Source: Amphiscolops sp. MND2022 (taxonomy: Eukaryota). From it: a DNA stretch of 64,000 bases. The stretch covers positions 22,322,001-22,386,000 of the forward strand of contig OZ076409.1 in NCBI GenBank assembly GCA_964187785.1, written 5' to 3'. Shown here piece by piece: positions 11,115 to 19,900 of this stretch (position 1 is its first letter; each line of letters opens with the position of its first letter). The position numbers and the translations under genes were made by a program. The notes beneath the pieces are model-generated. The model searched no databases and was not told the DNA's origin. It saw nothing but the letters and a program-made list of their open reading frames with translations.

Positions 11115-12142
11115 CTTTCGAACGTAGCAAGCATCGAAATGTCAAGGAGAGGAAGCTGACTGAGTCAGAATATCGTAAACTCCATGGAATCTATACCTCC
11201 CCAAGTGACCCGGCCGCTTTTGGCAGCGTTAAAAATTTGGTGAAAGCAAGTGGCTTGCCACGTTCTAAGGTCTTGGCTTACCTACAATCGTCGTCGACGT
11301 ACACAAAGTTCAGGGCGACAAAACGGAAATTCGCTCGCTTATCTGTTGTATCGCTTGGCATTAACCATATTTGGTCACTGGATGTGGCATATATGGAGAA
11401 ATTGGCCAATTTTAATAATGGTAACAAATACTTACTTCTTGCAGTGGACACGCTCTCTAGAAAAATTTGGGTGCAACCGATGTTGAACAAAACAGCTGCA
11501 GCTGCTAAAGCAGCCTTCGAGAAAATGTTGAATTTCGAGACGATGCAGTTCCCCATTAAGCTATGGGTTGATCAAGGCAAAGAGTTCAGGAGTGAATTTT
11601 TGAAATTTTGCAACGATAACGACATTGAAGTTCACAGTACTTTCAGTGAAACAAAAAGCTGTATGGCCGAGCGTTACATCAGGACACTGAAAACTATTCT
11701 CTACAAGTTTTTCGAAGAACATCGAACTTTCAAGTACGTTCATCTACTTCCAAAATTTGCTTCTCTTGTAAATAGGCGTTACAATCGCGCCATTGGTATG
11801 CCTGCTGCCAATGTTACTGCTAAAGACGTTCCTAAACTAATTGCTCTCCAATTTGAAAAGTCAAAGACTCGTCCGCAGAAACCTCAATTTGAAGTCGGTG
11901 ATCGAGTACGTATTGCGCTGAAAAACATGCCATTCCGGAAAGGCTACAAACAACAGTACACCAATGAAGTTTTTAAAGTTCATCAAGTTTGTAAGCCTAA
12001 GAAAACTGGGCTGGCAACGACTTACAGATTAGAAGATATCAAAGGCGAGCCAAATTTGGGAAGATTTTACACCGCCGAGCTCACTCATTTCAACTATCTA
12101 CAGAATAGGAGCCGGCCGCGTCATCAACGTATCCTAAATTGA
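11111..12142 (+). CDS. int: Retroviral-like (rve, c-integrase type) integrase, intact, no chromodomain seen
   Basis: DDE triad WSLDVAYM / LWVDQGKEF / MAERYIRTLK; C-terminal FEVGDRVRI...FRKGYKQQYTNEVF typical of Polinton integrases. Confidence 0.95.
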   Translation: MTFERSKHRNVKERKLTESEYRKLHGIYTSPSDPAAFGSVKNLVKASGLPRSKVLAYLQSSSTYTKFRATKRKFARLSVVSLGINHIWSLDVAYMEKLANFNNGNKYLLLAVDTLSRKIWVQPMLNKTAAAAKAAFEKMLNFETMQFPIKLWVDQGKEFRSEFLKFCNDNDIEVHSTFSETKSCMAERYIRTLKTILYKFFEEHRTFKYVHLLPKFASLVNRRYNRAIGMPAANVTAKDVPKLIALQFEKSKTRPQKPQFEVGDRVRIALKNMPFRKGYKQQYTNEVFKVHQVCKPKKTGLATTYRLEDIKGEPNLGRFYTAELTHFNYLQNRSRPRHQRILN

Positions 12143-12247
12143 GCTGTAGCTGCTACCCTTTAGCACAGTCTACGACACCACCACTATTTAATTTAATCTA
12201 CCATCAAGCCTCTATGTTTTTGGTCAAGTAATGTAACTGGTGGTACC

Positions 12248-13078
12248 ATGAGTGAGTCCTTCACAATCACACTCTCTTCTAATGCTTCCCTTGATGTGTA
12301 TCAGTCGAATACTCTGGCTTCATTCAGGACATGCCTCCCGACTTCCATTGAACTTGATGGCCCGTGGGAGGTTGCGATCACCGAAATAGCGTATCCCCGG
12401 AAGATTTACAACGTAAGCGACTCCTACTTTGATTTCTATTGGGATGTAGGTGGAAAGAAGTGGGTCAAAAACTGCAAATTTGAGAGGGGTGTTTACAACG
12501 ACGTGCAGGAAATCATTGATGAGATTAATAGAAGCATTCATCGTGCGCGAGGGGCATGGAATAAAGAAAAGTTGAAAGTTTATTTCAGTTGGAAAATCGA
12601 TGCCGAAAACAAATTTGTTTTGAATTACCCAAATACTGTCAAATTTGCAAATATGTCGCCCGATCTTTTCCATATTCTTGGATGTCAGCGGGTGAAGTCT
12701 CCCTGGAAGCATCCACCTCATTTTCATGACATGCCATCCTATTTCCCAGTTGATATTCATCATTGGCATCAAGTTTACGTGTATGGCGATTTCATCGAAC
12801 AGCAGTTTGTTGGAAACAGTAGAGCGCCTCTATTGAACACTTTCCCTTTGTTCAACCCTCAGCAGATGCCGCCAAGAGATTTGGAGGAGAAACCTGGGGG
12901 GAGTTTCGGATACGGCGTTTGTTCTTTCAGGTCTTTTTCAACTCCAGTATTCAAAAAAGTGTCAAAGAAAACCTTGACCGACTTGCTGATAGAATTACGC
13001 ACTGATACAGGAGATCTGATACCTTTCGTTGGCGTCGGAAGAACAACATTAACTCTTTTATTGAGAAAGAAGACTTGA
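12248..13078 (+). CDS. Minor capsid protein (penton, single jelly roll)
   Basis: N-terminus FTITLSSNAS..Y.SNTLASF...LP..IELDGPWEVAITEI and C-terminus IELRTDTGDLIPF...LTLLLRK typical of Polinton mCP; AATAAA at 13204. Confidence 0.88.
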   Translation: MSESFTITLSSNASLDVYQSNTLASFRTCLPTSIELDGPWEVAITEIAYPRKIYNVSDSYFDFYWDVGGKKWVKNCKFERGVYNDVQEIIDEINRSIHRARGAWNKEKLKVYFSWKIDAENKFVLNYPNTVKFANMSPDLFHILGCQRVKSPWKHPPHFHDMPSYFPVDIHHWHQVYVYGDFIEQQFVGNSRAPLLNTFPLFNPQQMPPRDLEEKPGGSFGYGVCSFRSFSTPVFKKVSKKTLTDLLIELRTDTGDLIPFVGVGRTTLTLLLRKKT

Positions 13079-13295
13079 TTTTTTCCATTTTCCTTATCAT
13101 AACACGCATGGTATTTATTTCCTTTGTTTAGCTTTTAAGTGTTTCAAAAGTTCATGATTGTTACCACTGCTTTCTTTGGAGCATTGGTCATTTTTTAAAA
13201 ACAAATAAAAAATCCTAATTCATAATTGTATTCTCTTCAGGCCAAACTGGTTGCTTTACTTTTGTGTCCTGCAAAAAAGTCAACCTGGAGGTGTA

Positions 13296-13810
13296 ATGAG
13301 CTATTCTAATCACAACAGACCACAACATCCTACTTTGAATTACTTCCAAGGATCACCATACCGCCAATACGGTAGCGGCATAGGTACCGCAATCAAAGCT
13401 GGCCTCAAAGGCTTCGTCATTCCCATGGTTAAGCGTTATGGTATTCCTGTGGCGAAGTCTTTTCTACAACAGGCAGCGCCAGAAGTTATAAACCTTTTGG
13501 ACGGAAATACAAAGCCAAAAGCAGCCATGAAAAATGCAATTAAAAAACTATCCGACAACAAATGGGCTCCGGTCGCCGGCGTCGTGTTAGTGGCGTTCCT
13601 CGGGGGAAAAAAGGTCGCTACCCGAAACTAAAAAAGAAATCGAAGCTAAAGAAGAAGAAAAGCAAGCAGCGTCGCCGGAAACCTTTGAAAAAGAAGAAAA
13701 AATCGTCACTTGATTCTCTTATCGGACGGAAACCAGTCCGTCGACGGAAAACAAAATCAAAAAAAAGAAGCCGGCAAGACTTTTTTGCTTCGATAGTTGA
13801 TCGCGCCTGA
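13296..13810 (+). pseudogene. Basic core/DNA-condensing protein, frameshifted in A-run near 13542-13547
   Basis: QYGSGIG + amphipathic segment (13251..13631 frame) continuing as QMGSG + very K/R-rich tail ending SRQDFF (13562..13810 frame); located between mCP and MCP. Confidence 0.75.
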
Positions 13811-13880
13811 CCATCTTTTCGTTTGCTACGATAACTGAGATTAAAAACTTTCAACTGTTAATTATACTTCACTTTTCATT

Positions 13881-15218
13881 ATGCCTGATACATTTATTTA
13901 CTCCGAGCCACCAGTACCTGGCATGCATTCAGGACTGTCATTGTTTGGGACCTCTGAGATCCTTGTCGATTTTCAACGTGGTTATCATGAGGAAATTTTC
14001 ACTGCAAACAGTGCGGATGGGCCGGTGTTGGAGTTTGATTTCCAGGGGGCCAAAACCGACATTGGAGGTACAGTAATAGACTTGGTTAATCTTTTCCTGA
14101 AATTGGAGGTCAAAATGAAATTTGTTGGCAGAGGTGATGATGACGATGTAACTGATAAGAAACCTGTTTTTGTTAACAATTTAATGCATAGTTTATTCCA
14201 AAATGTAGAGGTTTCCCTTAACGGGACACCAGTGTCGTCAGCAAACAACTTATATCCATACAAAACGTTGGTTGAGGCAGAACTTTCGCATAACGCTTCG
14301 TGTAAAGAAGGCTGGCTACGCTGTCAAGGGTACAGTTTCGAAACAAATCCTGGAGACATTAGTGGTGTAGAGGCATTCAGCAACAGGAAGAAACTAGGTG
14401 AAAATTTGACGTCAAAGTGGAGTCTTTACGGTAGAATTGCCGATAACTTCTTGGCAGACAATCATAAGTTTCTACTTCCTGGTGTCGAGGTCAGAATTCG
14501 ACTTCATCGCGCACCCGACCAATTTGTGTTGGTCCATGAAGGAGGTGCGAAAGACTCAGCAGGTGATTTCTCCTTACAAATTGTGAGCGCCTCTTTGTTG
14601 GTTCACAAGCTGGAATTGAAAATTGAGACTTTTCTAACAATCGAGCGAATGTTGTCCAAAAAAGCCGCTCACTACGATTTTCGTGAGATGGTCCCCAAAT
14701 CGTTCCTAATCTCCAGCGGCGTCACTATGTATTACAGAGACGACCTCTTCAACCGTGCCCCGATAAGTCGATTGGTGTTGTTTTTGGTGCCGGAAACTAG
14801 CTTCAGTGGTAATTTTGAAACAAATCCTTTCCACTTTCAGCAAATGGACCTCGAGACTGTACGAATCAATCGAGAGGGAGCACTTGTAGGGGCCACGCCT
14901 TTGCATCTTAATGATAATCTCGTTCGTTCTTATTACAACACTCTGAAGGCACTTGGTTTTGAACATGGTGGTAACGGTATCACTCTTGACAATTTCAATA
15001 ATCATTTCTGTCTGGTTTTTAAATTAACTGCTGATTACCACATCGAGGACAACACAATTCGTCCTGAACTCACTGGCGCGCGGCTGGGTCCAGAGCTGAA
15101 GTTCTCCAAAGCAACAACAAAACCAATTCGTCTCATTTTGATGGGCGAGAGGAGGTCCATCGTTCTCATTGATCGCAACAGAGAAGTTATCAAAAATTCC
15201 AGTATTTACAATGGTTGA
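13881..15218 (+). CDS. Major capsid protein (hexon-like, double jelly roll), intact 445 aa
   Basis: LSLF...LEF...IDLVNLFLKL, FVNNLMHSLFQNVEVSLNG...NNLYPYK, FLLPGVEVRIRLHR, NPFHFQ motifs typical of Polinton MCP. Confidence 0.92.
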   Translation: MPDTFIYSEPPVPGMHSGLSLFGTSEILVDFQRGYHEEIFTANSADGPVLEFDFQGAKTDIGGTVIDLVNLFLKLEVKMKFVGRGDDDDVTDKKPVFVNNLMHSLFQNVEVSLNGTPVSSANNLYPYKTLVEAELSHNASCKEGWLRCQGYSFETNPGDISGVEAFSNRKKLGENLTSKWSLYGRIADNFLADNHKFLLPGVEVRIRLHRAPDQFVLVHEGGAKDSAGDFSLQIVSASLLVHKLELKIETFLTIERMLSKKAAHYDFREMVPKSFLISSGVTMYYRDDLFNRAPISRLVLFLVPETSFSGNFETNPFHFQQMDLETVRINREGALVGATPLHLNDNLVRSYYNTLKALGFEHGGNGITLDNFNNHFCLVFKLTADYHIEDNTIRPELTGARLGPELKFSKATTKPIRLILMGERRSIVLIDRNREVIKNSSIYNG

Positions 15219-15696
15219 CAACACTCAGTTAACGGACCTAATCAACAAAGACCCAGTACTCAAATTCCGGTTTCGAGGTTGTTACGCCCGAGATACATTT
15301 CCTGCCTTGCAAAAAAATGGATTCATTATTGTGAACACACATCCCTCAACTCAACCTGGTGAACACTGGCTACTCATCGCTTCGAAAAATGACACAGTGT
15401 TACTTTACGATAGTTTCGGGAGTGATTTCCGAGAGTTTTTTGCGGACATCTTTGCAAAAGTTGGTCGATCCGTTCGTCCGAGAAATCAAGGTATCTTTCA
15501 ATACAAGCCATCTTCGACGCTACTTCAGCCTGCTGATAGTCAATTCTGTGGCATATAATATTGTATTTATTTGGCACATTTTTACTATAGAACAAAACAG
15601 TCACTTACAAGCGAAAAATTGATTCAAATTTCGAGTTTTCCGTCATATGCCACAGAAGAAGACGTTTTGAGATTTTTAGTCCATCTTTCAAGATAG
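15211..15696 (+). pseudogene. Adenain-like cysteine protease with in-frame TAA at 15556-15558
   Basis: FRGCY, IVNT..STQPGEHW (His), YDSFG (Asp), LQ....QFCGI*YCIYL (Gln/Cys); frame continues to TAG 15694-15696; ATG overlaps MCP stop. Confidence 0.92.
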
Positions 15697-15852
15697 CGCA
15701 TGATAATATTTCAGCTCAGAGTTTGTAAAATTTGACTGTGCAACTTTACTGACATAATTTTTATCAATGTTTTATGTGAAGTATAGTAATTTACGTGTTC
15801 AGTATGTTCGTTGTTTTTGTTTCAGTTGCCGAGTAGCCTTAGAGCAGCTTTT

Positions 15853-16587
15853 ATGCAGCTGCGAAACTCGTTAACGGGTTTGGTTGTGACACCAAACCAA
15901 TTCGAACGTGCTGATAGCATTTTACGTTCGATTTCCGCAATGCTCTCTGTGAGCTCGCGGACAGGGTCCCGTATTCCTCCCCCGGCCAATGCGGAAATGA
16001 GCTTGCCATCGTTTAATTCATTTCTGAACAACCTCTCGTTGCAGCCACTTCCAGAACAGCAGCCGGAAGAGACAGCTACAGAAGCTAGCATATCGTCTCC
16101 CGAAGTCACCTCCGATGCGGCCCCTGTCCCAAAAAGACGAAAACGTCAATTGACAGAGGCCGAAGTCAAAGAGAAACTTTTGTCCGGCTTGCAATCACCG
16201 TCATCATCACCTGCGCTACGAAATGAAAACTTATTTGATCGTTCTGTGGACTTCGGGCAAGTCTGCCGAAGAATACTTCAGCTCGAGCGCGAGCAGAATT
16301 TAGGTCTGATAGACCAAGTCTTTTATATCGGAGGAATGGTTGTGGAAGTGCTCCAGCACCAACTCGCAACAAAAAATTGCGCTCGCATTGCCAGCGAGCT
16401 TCAGAAGTTCGGTGTCTTCCTGGGAAAGACCAAAGTCGCGGAGGCAAAAAGAATATACGAGCTCTCTAAAAAGTTCCCGAAACTGAGGCGTGTTCGCACG
16501 GGATTCTCGCCGATGGAGCTTACACAGAGCGTTCGGCATTTCGAGAACATTTGTTCATCCGACCGCGACTTCTGGTCTCAGGAGTAG
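15853..16587 (+). CDS. Hypothetical nuclear protein (NLS PKRRKR, helical C-terminal domain)
   Basis: Intact ORF (first ATG 15853), last gene before the terminus; possible splice acceptor at ~15825. Confidence 0.6.
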   Translation: MQLRNSLTGLVVTPNQFERADSILRSISAMLSVSSRTGSRIPPPANAEMSLPSFNSFLNNLSLQPLPEQQPEETATEASISSPEVTSDAAPVPKRRKRQLTEAEVKEKLLSGLQSPSSSPALRNENLFDRSVDFGQVCRRILQLEREQNLGLIDQVFYIGGMVVEVLQHQLATKNCARIASELQKFGVFLGKTKVAEAKRIYELSKKFPKLRRVRTGFSPMELTQSVRHFENICSSDRDFWSQE

Positions 16588-16746
16588 CCAACTCCCTGCT
16601 CTGCATGCGAAGAAATTCCTTTATTTTTCTACTATCCCCTACTTTATCATCAAATATTTATTCCCAGCAGCAAACAGAGGTTTGAAGTTTTAAGAGTGTT
16701 TGTTAAAATTTTATTCAATATAAATTTGGGTTAAAACTGTTCTAAG

Positions 16747-16921
16747 TACCTGGTTTATTTGCGGCTGTATTCTTCTAAAATTTATGGTTCCAGGCCGATC
16801 ATACTCTGGACCATATATGATTCCAGGCCGATCATAGCAAGATCATAGTAAGAAAATTTGTATGATTTGTATGGTGCCATAATATGGTCAGATTATGACC
16901 GGCCTGGTTGGGAAACCCGGG
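16747..16921. repeat. Putative right terminal arm of the Polinton-like element with subterminal repeats
   Basis: TATG(G/A)TTCCAGGCCGATCATA at 16783-16803 and 16816-16836, inverted copy TATGACCGGCCTGG at 16894-16907, end GGAAACCCGGG at 16921. Confidence 0.7.
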
Positions 16922-17252
16922 CCTTGGAAACTACAAGGGAAAAACTGTTCGGAGTTCACTTCACCGAAATTGAAAAACCAAACCTCTCATTCTATTCACA
17001 AAAGTGTATGAATTGATTGAAACGTAAATGAAATTGCAAGACATTGCAAACAGTGAACTTTTCTAACAGTGAGTTTATAACAATGATAATATTTTGTGCT
17101 CTAGTGACACGTTGAAATGTATTATAGCGTCAAACAATAACTTTCACTGGGATTGATGAACCCAGTATATTTGAACGATATTCTCACACAATTTATAAAC
17201 AATATTCTTACAAAGTGACAGCATAACTCCAATCAAGAAATTGACAAGGAAG

Positions 17253-17485
17253 ATGCTGCTCCAATCTCTACTAACATGTTGGTGCCTTGCTATGGTGACC
17301 TGTAGACAGCCCAATATCCTGTTTTTCCTTATAGATGACCTTGGATGGAATGACGTGGGGTTCCACGGCAGTCGACAAGTTGACACCCCACACCTAGATT
17401 TACTGGCCAATGAGGGAGTCATCCTTAACAACTATTATGTACTCCCAATGTGTTCACCCAGTAGGTCCAGTTTGATGACTGCGAG
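17253..17485 (+). CDS. ARSB: Arylsulfatase B/I/J-like, exon 1
   Basis: Signal peptide, [18 protein letters not shown], formylglycine motif [12 protein letters not shown] (CxPxR; Cys at 17451). Confidence 0.93.
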
Positions 17486-17838
17486 GCATGGGTTTTGAAA
17501 TTTTATTTTTTAACAAGAAACTAACTCGAAATAATTGTATGTTGCTCAAAGAGAAGTGGCATTGCTGATTAACTTTTTTCCAATTAACAATTAATGAGTG
17601 AATACTTCCAAAAACACTCAGAGTTTAATTTTAAAATTCTAACAGTAGATTATAACCTGTACTTTGCTATATCGTAGTGTATAGATAATGTATCTATCTC
17701 AAGAAACAAAACATCATGTTTTTAAGATAACTATTCAAGAGAATAAAACAAAACTAAACTTTTTCTGCAATTCGAGAGCTTTTTGGTCTCGATTTTTAAA
17801 TCTAAAACATTACTACTCATCAACACCCTCGCTGCAAG

Positions 17839-17994
17839 GTACCCTGCACGAACTGGCATGCAATATTACGTCATTGTGGCTGGACATCGGTTAGGTCTGC
17901 CTCTACAGTACAAAATCCTACCCGAGTACTTGAATGATCTGGGATACGAAAGTCATGCTCTAGGCAAATGGCATCTGGGGTTTTTCCACCGCAA
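17839..17994 (+). CDS. ARSB: Arylsulfatase exon 2
   Basis: YPARTG...LPEYLNDLGYESHALGKWHLGF; donor GTTAGT at 17995. Confidence 0.92.
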
Positions 17995-19900
17995 GTTAGT
18001 CATAATCATCACCACATTGATGGCAAAACGATATCATGCTGACCAAATATTCGACAACTTCTTCAAATGAAAAAATCTTGGGTGATGATGGTGAAGTTTG
18101 TTTTCCTCGTTGATCGTTGACAACAAATGCAAGGCCTTGCAAAAATTATGCAAGGTCCAAGATTGTTGCATGAAAGGCATCATTTGAAAAATGCTCAAGG
18201 AACCATTCAATTGACCTGTTAGGACCGGTAACCAACCCAACTATATATATATATATGCTTTTTTTGCAAATTTTTTGAAGGTTTACATGAGGAATATTTA
18301 CAGAGTTCAACAAGACATTCAGCTACTTAGTTACTTTTGAAATTCGAAAGTTCTATTCAGATAAATGCAATGTTTGAAATTGCTAAGAAAGGGACAGTTG
18401 GATCTTACTGTAGTCATCTCGAGGAATAATTTTGACACAGGGCTGATTGAAAGCTCGAACTCTAATCATTCAAAATCACTTCATAACTTCAAGTCGACTC
18501 TCAAGTGTTTTATCTGATAAGTTTAAACTTGATAGTACCTTCACCAAATAGTTGTTTTCGTTTTAGGGGAATGGAGATTCTGTTTCAGTGAGGTAACTTA
18601 TTTTTTCTCGTGAAAAATTCGAACAATTAGCTTCTGAAATTCTTGTGAAATTATAAAGTAAGATGGAAGTTTAATGACTTATGAAGAATCAGGTATTTAG
18701 AGTTTTTAAGAAACAGAAACTCGAGGGTTCGATTCCCACTGGGGACTGTTTTCATGAAGCGGAATATTCACAAAGTTCAACAACATATTTAGTTACATAG
18801 TTAAGTTTTAAACTTCAATTAATAGAGTTAAATAATACTGTATCTCCCCCTGTCCCGTGTATGTTGCCTGGTGTTATTGTAGACCCTACAGATGTAATAA
18901 GACAATTCTTCGATTACCCTAACGTAACTTGAAAATATGTCCCCTAATGAGTATCACGAAAGGTCCCGATTTCGCAATTACCTGGCCGTTATTTTCCCAG
19001 TTCCTTTCGATGTTTGACGTGGCACTAAGCAAGAAGAATCCAAAAAATTTCATTGAGTGACCTAAGTAGTGAAGAATCCACGAAAACTAATAAATGCCAA
19101 TAATTGCTTAGTGAAGAATCCACAAAATTTCGAGAAATCAGGAAACAAGTCAAATTTGGCATTTGGCGATTCTTCGCAGAATACACACGCTATTAGTGCA
19201 AGAATCGCATGAATTATAATGCAGTTGAAGAGTCCACATAGGACTAGAACAGAATTGTTGCAGTCACTGTTTTCCCCGGATTGCCGTCGTAATGTTGCTC
19301 TTTTCGCTGTTTCAACGAAATTGGCAGGTACTTCGTGAACAAACAGCAAAAACAAGCAAAAAACATATGACATGCGGCCCATTAGCCAGAGACTGCAAAA
19401 AGCTCTGAAATTAGACTCTTTTAAAGATGCTAACCTTGATTTAGCAGTATGCCATCTTAAGTAGCGAAAACCATTAAGATGAATCTCTCCGTCTTTCACA
19501 AATATGTGCTCGTGGTGCCCCAGCTTGCGAGCTGAATGTGGATTTCGCCAAATAATTGTTGTGGACGAGATGCTGTACATTAATGTAAGTTTATGGCTAC
19601 TTTGACAACTTTTGATCTTACTCCGCAATTTTAGATACTAATCCCCAAGTCACCCTGAATATTGAAAATTAAACAGGATTTCCTCTTGGAATGTCTAAGC
19701 TGTTGTTTCGAAGTCAATACGTAATTTACGTTACTGACAGCAATTAAAGACTGGATCAAGTTGGTGAGGGCTCCTTAAGCGACGACAACCCCCTTCAGAT
19801 TGGACAACCTTTACACAAGGAGGCAAAATGGGCCTATGGCTATGGGCGCCTGTCCCGGAGGCACTGACGGTGAATGCTTGCCGTTACAGTTGTTGCTATT

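Larger units (their letters stand above)
1..16921 (+). mobile_element. Polinton/Maverick (adintovirus-like endogenous dsDNA virus), left end outside window, partly decayed
   Basis: Co-oriented cluster of pPolB, FtsK/A32-type ATPase, rve integrase, minor capsid, double-jelly-roll major capsid and adenain protease; repeat-rich terminus ending CCCGGG at 16921 followed by AT-rich host DNA. Exact right boundary is inferred. Confidence 0.95.

Noticed and set aside
18723..18745. tRNA gene (GGTTCGATTCCC T-loop/B-box)
   Set aside because: No D-arm, anticodon arm or acceptor pairing upstream; at most a SINE/tRNA fragment.
19062..19628. 188-aa minus-strand ORF with nearby GTGAAGAATCCA repeats
   Set aside because: No recognisable motif; probably a decayed repeat fragment.
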